33,848 nt of DNA from contig CAZHHV010000005.1 in the NCBI GenBank assembly GCA_964532335.1, forward strand, positions 1-33,848, read 5' to 3'. The notes under the pieces were generated by a model that ran no database searches, was not told the DNA's origin, and worked only from the letters and a program-made list of their open reading frames with translations. The translations under genes were made by a program, and so were the position numbers. This DNA is from an uncultured Nitrospiraceae bacterium (GTDB lineage: Bacteria > Nitrospirota > Thermodesulfovibrionia > Thermodesulfovibrionales > UBA1546). Below are positions 24,086 through 31,744 of this stretch, piece after piece; positions within the stretch are counted from its first letter, which is position 1, and each line of letters opens with the position of its first letter.

Positions 24086-24310
24086 TCAATGCCTTGAGAA
24101 GCCGCTTCTATCTAATGCCAGTTTTTCTATATCTTCTATGTCTTCAGGAGAAAGTCCGTTGTACACCATGGACAAGAGCGAAAGAATATCGGCAGATTTT
24201 ACCGGTTCATCTTCGATGGTGAGGGTTACCTTCTTATGTTCTGAGATATTGAGCGGAGAGACCGGTATCAAAACTCCCCTCTCAAATACTGCTTCTATTG
24301 TTTTAGGCAT
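24086..24310 (-). CDS. Small antitoxin, AF2212/DUF104-like (VapB-type partner)
   Basis: MPKTIEAVFERGVLIPVSPLNISEHKKVTLTIE is the typical N-terminal motif of this antitoxin family. ATG 24310 is preferred over 24331 because AAGGGGG lies about 10 nt upstream. Confidence 0.6.
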   Translation of the reverse strand: MPKTIEAVFERGVLIPVSPLNISEHKKVTLTIEDEPVKSADILSLLSMVYNGLSPEDIEDIEKLALDRSGFSRH

Positions 24311-24355
24311 TTTGATATTACCCCCTTTCAAATCGGGATGGCTAACCCATGACTA

Positions 24356-24384
24356 AATTTATCACACGCGCGGCTTTCTGTCAA
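24356..24384 (-). promoter_or_regulatory. Sigma-70-like promoter for the second vapBC operon
   Basis: On the minus strand: TTGACA (24384-24379), a 17-nt spacer, then TAAATT (24361-24356). Confidence 0.4.
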
Positions 24385-24448
24385 ATTTTAACACGCACAG
24401 GCCAAAGGAACTCCTGAATTTACTGTTGAGATGGAAGGCATAAATCTT

Positions 24449-25123
24449 TTATGGACTAAATTTTATGTAGTTCTCCCAGTAACCAAGCAGTTCCTTTGTC
24501 GCCTTAATATCTCCGAGGCAGTACCTTGCAATATCAAGATACCTTTTATCGGCAAAAAGGTTTTTAATATCATATCCTGTTATGCCGTCTTCTTTCGGGC
24601 TCTTTATGCCGAATGTCTTGCACCACATATCAAGGCTGAACCTGCGCCTTGATGCGCCGTAAAAAGTAAGCTGGTCAAGGAGGTCTATATGAGCGCCGTT
24701 ATACCTGTTGGGCATAAGGTCTTTTGTAGGCTTTATCTTATGAACAGCAGAGCGGATAAGAATGAACGGGCAGTCAAAGCCCCTTCCGTTGAATGTGATT
24801 ATCTCTCTATAGCTTTTAACCGTATTCCAGAATTTTTCAAGAATTTCTTTTTCTGTGCCTGTTTCAAATTTTATCCCGTTCTCTTCAAAAGGAGCGATTT
24901 GTGTTTCAGGCGACTGGAAATATACCGTCCCTTTGTCTGTATCAGGGTTAAGAATGCCTATGGTGATGACTTCGCCTGTTAAGGGATAGAATGAAAGGCT
25001 TTCCTTGACATCCTTGATATCATCGTCTGTCTCTGCCCAGCGAAGCAGGTATTCCTGCGTGCTCTTGTCAAGGGAATCAAAGTCTTTGCCGCTTGTCTCT
25101 ATGTCAAAAATGATTCTACTCAT
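24449..25123 (-). CDS. DEDD 3'-5' exonuclease, RNase H-like fold (PolB-exonuclease-related)
   Basis: 224 aa. Exo I IFDIETSG, Exo II ITFNGRGFDCPFI, Exo III HIDLLD...YCLGDIKAT. Confidence 0.75.
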   Translation of the reverse strand: MSRIIFDIETSGKDFDSLDKSTQEYLLRWAETDDDIKDVKESLSFYPLTGEVITIGILNPDTDKGTVYFQSPETQIAPFEENGIKFETGTEKEILEKFWNTVKSYREIITFNGRGFDCPFILIRSAVHKIKPTKDLMPNRYNGAHIDLLDQLTFYGASRRRFSLDMWCKTFGIKSPKEDGITGYDIKNLFADKRYLDIARYCLGDIKATKELLGYWENYIKFSP

Positions 25124-25133
25124 ACAGATATAG

Positions 25134-25228
25134 AACAGTAGAGCAACAGAACAGTAGAGCAGCAGGCTAATAAGGAAATATATAAATCCTTATTTCGAAG
25201 CTACTGGTCTACTGCGCTACTGCTCTAT
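25134..25228. repeat. Intergenic structured element: inverted octamer arrays flanking a central hairpin
   Basis: Left array aacagtag agcaacag aacagtag agcagcag (25134-25165). Centre aataagga-N10-tccttatt (25169-25194). Right array ctactggt ctactgcg ctactgct ctat (25201-25228), which is roughly the reverse complement of the left array. Confidence 0.8.
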
Positions 25229-25231
25229 TTT

Positions 25232-26560
25232 TTATGCTGCTTTGGGTAGTTCCTTAAAAACCTTCCATGTCTTAAGAAGGTCTATTGCCCTCTGGAGCTG
25301 AATATCTTCTTTTTCGCTGACCTCTATTGGCACTGTTTCCTCGGGTGTCTTTTGCTTTTCCTCAAGCTGGTCGTTTTTGAGATGCCTTTCAAGGTCCTTC
25401 TCTCTTACCACAGGATGTTCTTTTGTGCCATTTTTCTGTTCCAATTTCACAATAATATCCGGCGTAATTCCTGTTGATTGTATAGATATGCCTTTTGGCG
25501 TATAGTAGCGCGCTGTTGTAAGTCTTAACCCTGAGCCATCGCTTAGAGGCACAACGCTCTGAACAGAGCCTTTTCCAAAAGTCTGCACTCCGAGTATAAC
25601 AGCCCTGTTCCAGTCTTTAAGCGCTCCTGCGACAATCTCAGAGGCGCTTGCGCTTCCCTGATTTACAAGGACAATCATCGGTATAGCGCTGAACATCTTT
25701 GCTTTTTCCCCTTTCTGTTCAGAAACCTTGCTGTCTTCTGTCCGATACTCTCCTTTTTCACCGCTCCTGCCCTTTATGGATACAACAACCTTGCCTGCCG
25801 GCAGAAACTGGCTTGAAACATCAACAGCGCTGTTCAAAAGTCCGCCCGGATTGTTCCTGAGGTCCAGGATAAGTGAAGTTATATTCTGCTTCTCCAGTTT
25901 AGAAAGGGCGGCTTCAAGGTCATCCGCAGTGCGTTCCTGAAACTGGCTTACCTTCACATAGCCGATATTGCCTTCTATGACCCTGGATTTCACGCTTTTC
26001 ACTTTTATTACATCTCTCACAATCGTGAAGTCTTTTGTATCTTTCCAGCCCTCACGCATAATCGTAATTGCTACGGAAGTGCCTTTTAGCCCGCGCATTT
26101 TGCTGACAGCGTCCTGCAGGCCCATATCCCTTGTTGACTCTCCGTTAATCTTTATTATCTTATCGCCTGACTTTATCCCTGCATTATAAGCCGGCGTATC
26201 TTCAATAGGAGCTATTACAGTCAGAATCCCATCCTTCAGCCCTATCTGTATCCCTATTCCGCCGAACTCGCCTTTTGTGTCAAGCTGCATATCCTTATAT
26301 GCCTCCGGCGGCATAAAAGCTGAGTGCGGGTCCAGAGAATTAAGCATTCCCTTTATCGCGCCATATACCAAATCCTTTGTCGTTACTTCTTCAACATAAT
26401 TCTTCTTCACAAGAGAAAGCACCTCTGTGAATACCTTAAGATATTCATAACCTTCGCCCTCAGCGCGCATGCTCCCGATTGACAGCCTGCCTATGAAGAC
26501 GCCACTCAAGGCAATTGCAAGAATAATCACCCAAGTTAAAATAAGTCTTTTATTTTTCAT
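25232..26560 (-). CDS. ctpA: Carboxy-terminal processing protease (S41, Ctp/Prc family)
   Basis: 442 aa. N-terminal TM. PDZ region GGIGIQIG...PAYNAGIKSGDKIIKING. Catalytic region VLVNQGSASASEIVAGAL and TFGKGSVQ. Confidence 0.9.
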   Translation of the reverse strand: MKNKRLILTWVIILAIALSGVFIGRLSIGSMRAEGEGYEYLKVFTEVLSLVKKNYVEEVTTKDLVYGAIKGMLNSLDPHSAFMPPEAYKDMQLDTKGEFGGIGIQIGLKDGILTVIAPIEDTPAYNAGIKSGDKIIKINGESTRDMGLQDAVSKMRGLKGTSVAITIMREGWKDTKDFTIVRDVIKVKSVKSRVIEGNIGYVKVSQFQERTADDLEAALSKLEKQNITSLILDLRNNPGGLLNSAVDVSSQFLPAGKVVVSIKGRSGEKGEYRTEDSKVSEQKGEKAKMFSAIPMIVLVNQGSASASEIVAGALKDWNRAVILGVQTFGKGSVQSVVPLSDGSGLRLTTARYYTPKGISIQSTGITPDIIVKLEQKNGTKEHPVVREKDLERHLKNDQLEEKQKTPEETVPIEVSEKEDIQLQRAIDLLKTWKVFKELPKAA

Positions 26561-26614
26561 TGTCTCTTAAAACCTCTCCTTAAATCCTGCCTTCCCATTA
26601 CAGCCGCCAAAAAA

Positions 26615-27754
26615 CTATCTCTTCATTTTTAACCACTGCATGGGGTCCAGCGGTTTCCCTTTATATCTTACCTCAAAATACAGGCCCGGCGCATTCAGGG
26701 TTCCTGATTCCCCGACCTTGCCTATGGCCTGCCATTCTTTTATTATATCTCCAACTTTATAAAAAATCTCGGCTAAATTTGCGTATAGGGTATGATAGCC
26801 TTCCCCATGACTTATTATAACAAGCTTGCCGTAACCTTTGAACCAGTCGGCAAATACAACCTTGCCCCCGTGCACTACCTTTGCCAATGCATCGTCATCC
26901 GCTTTGATATGTATGCCGTTTCTGAATACCGGCGTGTTGAACTGAGGGTCTTTCTGCGCCCCGTACGGGATTACAACCTTCCCGTTGACAGGCCAGTCCA
27001 GCTTCCCCTTCAGATTGTGAAAGCCCTTTGCGGCATATGCCTCGGCTTCCTCAGAACGCCTTATTATCTCCATAAGCCTGTTGGAAGCCTCTTTTAATTC
27101 CTTCAACATATTCTCGTAAGAAGATTTTTCCTTTCTTACAGAGGACAGAAGCATTTCTTTGCCTTTTTTCTTTTCTGCGATTGCCTTCTCGTTTGCCTGT
27201 ATCTTTTCCTCGCTTTTTTTTAGTTCGGCGTGCAGCGTCTTTAAGCGGCTTTCCTGCTCTGCAAGATTTTTTATGGTCTCTTTATAGCTGTTCAGCATCT
27301 TATGGTCGTACCCTGCCATCTCTTTAATATACCTCCACCTTCTCATCAACTGAGCTATGTCCTCCGAAGTTGAAAGCAGAATCACAACATCGCCTGAATA
27401 CCCATATTTCTGCATAACGCGAAGTTTCCTCTTAAGCCACTCCGCCTGCCTTTCGAGTTTTGCCCTGTTTACCGATATGTCTGCCTCAACCTTGCGTATC
27501 TCATTTTCCGTAACCTTTCGCTTTCCAATGTATTTTCTTAACTCCGCCTGAGTCTGGCTGAGGTCCTTATTCGTCCTGTCAAGTTCTTCAAGTACCGAAT
27601 GCTCCATCTTCTTGGCTTTCTCAAGTTTTTCCTTGTGGGTATCTATTTCTTTTTGAAGCTTCTTGTATTCTTCCTTGGGATCTTTGGCAGCAAAAGCAAT
27701 ATCGGTAAATAGTGAACAGTGAATTGTGAATAGTAAGATTAATACAAGACGCAT
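26615..27754 (-). CDS. envC: EnvC-like murein hydrolase activator (coiled coil plus degenerate LytM domain)
   Basis: I prefer ATG 27754 (MRLVLILLFTIHCSLFTDIAFA/AKDP signal peptide). The track start 27856 would add 34 repeat-encoded residues. Long coiled coil. The LytM domain lacks the zinc ligands (GIHIKA, GLYFEVRY replace HxxxD and HLHFE). Sits in ftsEX context. Confidence 0.75.
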   Translation of the reverse strand: MRLVLILLFTIHCSLFTDIAFAAKDPKEEYKKLQKEIDTHKEKLEKAKKMEHSVLEELDRTNKDLSQTQAELRKYIGKRKVTENEIRKVEADISVNRAKLERQAEWLKRKLRVMQKYGYSGDVVILLSTSEDIAQLMRRWRYIKEMAGYDHKMLNSYKETIKNLAEQESRLKTLHAELKKSEEKIQANEKAIAEKKKGKEMLLSSVRKEKSSYENMLKELKEASNRLMEIIRRSEEAEAYAAKGFHNLKGKLDWPVNGKVVIPYGAQKDPQFNTPVFRNGIHIKADDDALAKVVHGGKVVFADWFKGYGKLVIISHGEGYHTLYANLAEIFYKVGDIIKEWQAIGKVGESGTLNAPGLYFEVRYKGKPLDPMQWLKMKR

Positions 27755-27857
27755 GATGTACGATGCATGATGCCTGATACCCCCCTTTAATTCCCCCCTT
27801 GCTAAGGGGGGATAGAGGGGGGGTATATCCTGTATCTTGTATCCTGTATCCTGCATC
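27751..27857. repeat. Composite element: family A nested C6/G6 palindrome flanked by inverted heptamer arrays (ftsX-envC junction)
   Basis: gcatgat gtacgat gcatgat gcctgat (27751-27778). Outer arms atacccccc (27777-27785) and ggggggtat (27818-27826). Inner arms tcccccctt-gct-aagggggga (27792-27812). atcctgt atcttgt atcctgt atcctgc (27827-27854). A further array agtgaac agtgaat tgtgaat lies at 27711-27731. Confidence 0.85.
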
Positions 27858-27862
27858 TTTTT

Positions 27863-28741
27863 TCAGGAGAATCTTATTCTTCCCAGCGCAATTACAGCGC
27901 CTCCTATGCCTAACAGCAATCCGGCAATAGGAAGGGCAGGGAAAGTTTCAAGGGGGAATACAAGGATTTTCAGTATTGGGATGGTAGCGGTAACCTTATA
28001 AAACAGCACATAGTAAAATGCGAACGCGGCTGCCATGCTTGCAATCCCGCCGAACATCCCGAGCACGCTCCCCTCTATAACAAAAGGCGCCCGTATGAAT
28101 CCCCTTGTTGCGCCAAGAAGTTTAAATGTTTCTATCTCTTCTTTTCTCCTGTAAAACGCAATCTTTATGGTGCTGTAACATACAAAAATCACTCCTGCCG
28201 ACATTATGATAATAAGAGATAAGCTGCCTGCCTTTGCCATTCCTTTGATAGAGTGGATGGAATTAAGGAATTGTTCGCCGTACTCCACCTCTGCAATGCC
28301 TTTTACTTTTTTAATCTCTGCGGCGAATTTCTTAACGCTTGCGATATTGACAGATTCTTTCTTAAGCTTAATCTCAATTGATGCGGGGAGAGGGTTTTCG
28401 TCAATGCCCTCAAGAATATAATCTGCATTCTTTAAAACGCCCTTTAATTCCTCCAGCGCCTTATCCTTTGCTATATATCTTGCCTGTTCAACGGCATTAT
28501 TCTTTTTCAGTTGTGCAATTATGCTTCGTGTTTCCTGCTCTGACAGCCCGTCAGCCAGGTAAAGCATTACTGAGAATCTTGCCGGAAGTCTTTTTGTTGC
28601 AAGGTCTATGTTATAAACAACAAAAAATGTGAGTGTGATCATAAACAGCCCTGCCGCGATTGTCAGCACTGAGAGGAGATTTATCCACTTTTCACGCCAT
28701 AAGCTTTGGAGGGCAAGTCTGAACGAATATAAAAGATACAT
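27863..28741 (-). CDS. ftsX: Cell division permease-like protein FtsX
   Basis: 292 aa, four TM segments with a large periplasmic loop. LGATRGFIRAPFVIEG motif. 1-nt overlap with the ftsE stop. Confidence 0.85.
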   Translation of the reverse strand: MYLLYSFRLALQSLWREKWINLLSVLTIAAGLFMITLTFFVVYNIDLATKRLPARFSVMLYLADGLSEQETRSIIAQLKKNNAVEQARYIAKDKALEELKGVLKNADYILEGIDENPLPASIEIKLKKESVNIASVKKFAAEIKKVKGIAEVEYGEQFLNSIHSIKGMAKAGSLSLIIIMSAGVIFVCYSTIKIAFYRRKEEIETFKLLGATRGFIRAPFVIEGSVLGMFGGIASMAAAFAFYYVLFYKVTATIPILKILVFPLETFPALPIAGLLLGIGGAVIALGRIRFS

Positions 28742-29403
28742 TATCCTATCTCCTCTCCGACCATATTGCCGTTGTCAATCCTGAACACTCTCCGCCCTGT
28801 ATTCCTGTAAAGTTCCCTGTTATGTGTAGCGATAACAACTGTAGTTCCCCTTGCGTTAATATCTTTAAACAAGCGCGTAATTCCTGCCGCAGTGTCAGGG
28901 TCAACGTTGCCTGTCGGCTCATCGGCAAGAAGGATTGTCGGCTCTCCGACTATTGCGCGCGCAATAACTACTCTCTGCTGTTCACCGCCTGAAAGCGCCC
29001 GCGGAAAACTGTCCGCCTTATGCCTTAAATTCACCATCTTCAGTATTTCCATCACCCAATCCTGTATCTCGCTGTCCAGCATGCCTCGTATGCGCAAGGC
29101 TATGGCAACATTGTCAAAGACATCCCTGTTGTCAAGAAGCCGGAAGTCCTGAAAGACAACACCTATATTCCGTCTTAAAAACGGGATGCTTGATTCCTTA
29201 AGCTTGCTCAGATCCCATTCTGCTACGGTTACGCTGCCCTCATCAGGTTTTTCTGAAAGGTATATAATCTTAAGGAGTGTGGATTTCCCGGCGCCGCTCG
29301 GCCCTGTCATAAAAACCATTTCGCCTTTTTCTATGGAGAAGGTTATGTTCTTAAGAGCCGCCTGCTTTTCATAAAACTTAGTGACATTGGAAAAATGTAT
29401 CAT
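28741..29403 (-). CDS. ftsE: Cell division ATP-binding protein FtsE
   Basis: 220 aa. Walker A GPSGAGKST, signature LSGGEQQRV, Walker B ILLADEPTGNVD. Confidence 0.93.
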   Translation of the reverse strand: MIHFSNVTKFYEKQAALKNITFSIEKGEMVFMTGPSGAGKSTLLKIIYLSEKPDEGSVTVAEWDLSKLKESSIPFLRRNIGVVFQDFRLLDNRDVFDNVAIALRIRGMLDSEIQDWVMEILKMVNLRHKADSFPRALSGGEQQRVVIARAIVGEPTILLADEPTGNVDPDTAAGITRLFKDINARGTTVVIATHNRELYRNTGRRVFRIDNGNMVGEEIG

Positions 29404-29406
29404 AAT

Positions 29407-30393
29407 TTATCTCTTCAATCCTTCTTTCACGGTCCTGACTATATCTTCTGCTGTCAACCCGTATAATTTCATCAGTTCATCAGAAGGCCCTGAACAGCCA
29501 AAGGTGTCCTTAATCCCGATTCTTTTTACAGGCACCGGATAATTCTCAGCGAGGAATTCACACACCGCTCCGCCGAGCCCACCTATAACAGAATGCTCCT
29601 CTGCCGTTATAATGAGTTTTGAATTTTTGGCAGCCCTTAAAAGGGTCTCACCATCGAGAGGTTTTATTGTAGACATATTGATTACTCCGGCATCAATTCC
29701 CTCTTTTTTCAGCATCTCCATTGCATCAAGCGAAGCAGAAACCATTATGCCTGCTGCGATTATATTTGCATCTTTTCCTACATGGAATTTATACGCCTTG
29801 CCTATTGTGAATTTATAGTCATCAGGCATAACCACAGGCACCTTGGACCTCCCAAGCCTGACATAAACAGGCCCGTAAAAATCAGCTATTGCCTCAATGA
29901 CCTGTTTTGTCTCTATGCCGTCTGCAGGCACAATCACGGTCATGTTAGGAAGGACCCTCATGAGTGTGATGTCTTCTATGGCCTGATGCGATGCGCCGTC
30001 CTCGGCAACGGTAATCCCGCTGTGAGTTGCAACGAGTTTCACATTCAGGCTTGAATAAGAGATTGTCTGCCTTATCTGCTCCCACGCCCTGCCTGTCTCA
30101 AAAACAGCGAATGTAGAAGCAAAAGGCAGCTTGCCTGTAAGCGAAAGGCCGCCCGCTGTGCCGATCAAATCCTGCTCTGAAATTCCAATATTAAAAAATC
30201 TCTCGGGGAAACCCTTTGCAAATTTTGCTGTCTTTGTGGAACCTGAGAGGTCTGCGTCAAGAACGACAACCTCTTTCCTTTTTTTGCCAAGTTCAAGAAG
30301 CGCATCTCCGTATGCATCCCTTGTAGCTATATTTTGAGTTTTAATTGGTGACTGCTGATCGCTGATTGCTGATTGCTGTTCCCTACTTCCCAT
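29407..30393 (-). CDS. Transketolase, C-terminal (pyrimidine-binding) subunit
   Basis: ATRDAYGDALLELG, VLDADLSGSTKT, FNIGISEQDLIG. Start taken at ATG 30393 (11-nt overlap with the N-terminal subunit) instead of the track start 30471. Confidence 0.9.
   Translation of the reverse strand: MGSREQQSAISDQQSPIKTQNIATRDAYGDALLELGKKRKEVVVLDADLSGSTKTAKFAKGFPERFFNIGISEQDLIGTAGGLSLTGKLPFASTFAVFETGRAWEQIRQTISYSSLNVKLVATHSGITVAEDGASHQAIEDITLMRVLPNMTVIVPADGIETKQVIEAIADFYGPVYVRLGRSKVPVVMPDDYKFTIGKAYKFHVGKDANIIAAGIMVSASLDAMEMLKKEGIDAGVINMSTIKPLDGETLLRAAKNSKLIITAEEHSVIGGLGGAVCEFLAENYPVPVKRIGIKDTFGCSGPSDELMKLYGLTAEDIVRTVKEGLKR
30347..30381. repeat. Heptamer tandem array (GCTGATY-like x5) at the tktN/tktC junction
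   Basis: ggtgact gctgatc gctgatt gctgatt gctgttc. Translated on the minus strand as EQQSAISDQQSP in the first codons of the C-terminal subunit. Confidence 0.85.
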
Positions 30394-31240
30394 TTTCTCT
30401 GAGTTCCTCCAATGCCTTTTTAAGTTCTTCCTGTGTTGGAGCCATGCCATGATACTGAACCTTTCCTTCAAAAAAGGAGACTCCTTTTCCCTTTACCGTC
30501 CTTGCAACTATCATAGTCGGCTTCCCGTTTATTCCCTCAGCCTCGTTGAGGGCGCCAAGAATAGCCTTCATATCATGCCCGTCTATGTCAATCACATGCC
30601 ATCCGAATGCATCCCATTTCTCTGTAATAGGCTCAAGCGCCATTACATCGCAGCAAGGCCCGTCTATCTGAAGACCGTTGTTATCAATAATTGCGCACAC
30701 GTTATCAAGCCGGTAATGCGATGCTGTCATCGCAGCCTCCCACACCTGACCTTCCTGTGTTTCGCCGTCTCCTAAAATACAGTAAACGCGTGAGTTCAGC
30801 CCGTCCATTTTCAGCCCCATTGCCATTCCATTTGCAATGGACAATCCCTGCCCTAACGAACCAGTTGATATTTCTACTCCCGGAAGCAGTTTTGAACATG
30901 GATGCCCCTGAAGCGGGCTTCCGATCTTGCGCAATGTCTTTAGTAGTGACTTATCAAAATACCCTGAAAGAGCAAGAACTGTATATAACAGAGGCGCAGC
31001 ATGTCCTTTTGAGAGTATAAATCTGTCCCTTTCTTCCCACGCAGGGTCTTTGGGATTGTGCCTCATCTTGGAAAAATACAGCGCTGTTGCCACATCAGCT
31101 GCTGACAGAGAGCCGCCTGTATGGCCTGAGCCTGCCTCTGCAAGCATTTTCAGGATTTCAATCCTTACTGCCTTTGCCTGTTCTTCCAGAAATGCGATAT
31201 CTTTTGCCGATGGCTCGTAGAGAGGAGGAACCTGACTCAT
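30383..31240 (-). CDS. Transketolase, N-terminal (TPP-binding) subunit
   Basis: 285 aa. GSGHTGGSLSAADV, LSKGHAAP, GSLGQGLS, GDGETQEGQVWEA. Confidence 0.92.
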   Translation of the reverse strand: MSQVPPLYEPSAKDIAFLEEQAKAVRIEILKMLAEAGSGHTGGSLSAADVATALYFSKMRHNPKDPAWEERDRFILSKGHAAPLLYTVLALSGYFDKSLLKTLRKIGSPLQGHPCSKLLPGVEISTGSLGQGLSIANGMAMGLKMDGLNSRVYCILGDGETQEGQVWEAAMTASHYRLDNVCAIIDNNGLQIDGPCCDVMALEPITEKWDAFGWHVIDIDGHDMKAILGALNEAEGINGKPTMIVARTVKGKGVSFFEGKVQYHGMAPTQEELKKALEELRENGK

Positions 31241-31623
31241 TTTTTCTTCTCCCTTTGCATTATGTAATCCAGAAGAATATCATCCAGAGTTTTGTCTTTG
31301 GTTTTTTTCATTTCAGGTTTCCCGAGCTGCTCGGGGCTTGCCATTTCTTCCTTTTTCTCCTCTTCTGCCTCATCGCCGGTATATTTTCCCGCAATCAATT
31401 CTTTGAGTATTGCCTTGTGCTGTTCCTTCATCAGCTCCCTGACGCTTTTTTTGATGTCTTTGTTTCCGATGAGGTGAGAATAACTTGTTTTTTTTGAGGC
31501 AAGGATTGTGCCTTTAAAATACAGAAGCGTAACTATGATAGGGTTGTTCAATCCGCTGTCCTCTGTCTGGACATGATAAACCTTTCCCTTGTAGGTTACG
31601 TTATTATTATAACCGACAAGCAT
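31237..31623 (-). CDS. Hypothetical protein (N-terminal beta-rich YHVQTED module, Lys/Glu-rich tail)
   Basis: 128 aa ORF. 4-nt overlap with the transketolase gene suggests it is translated. I can assign no family with confidence. Confidence 0.5.
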   Translation of the reverse strand: MLVGYNNNVTYKGKVYHVQTEDSGLNNPIIVTLLYFKGTILASKKTSYSHLIGNKDIKKSVRELMKEQHKAILKELIAGKYTGDEAEEEKKEEMASPEQLGKPEMKKTKDKTLDDILLDYIMQREKKK

Positions 31624-31744
31624 TTGTATGAATATTCTCTCTGAGATTTATTAGAAGCAACTTTAAATTATTATATTACAGCAGCAGAGGAAAATGGAAG
31701 AGGAGAGGGGATTATGCTAAAGTTGAAAACACAGAACAAGGCAT

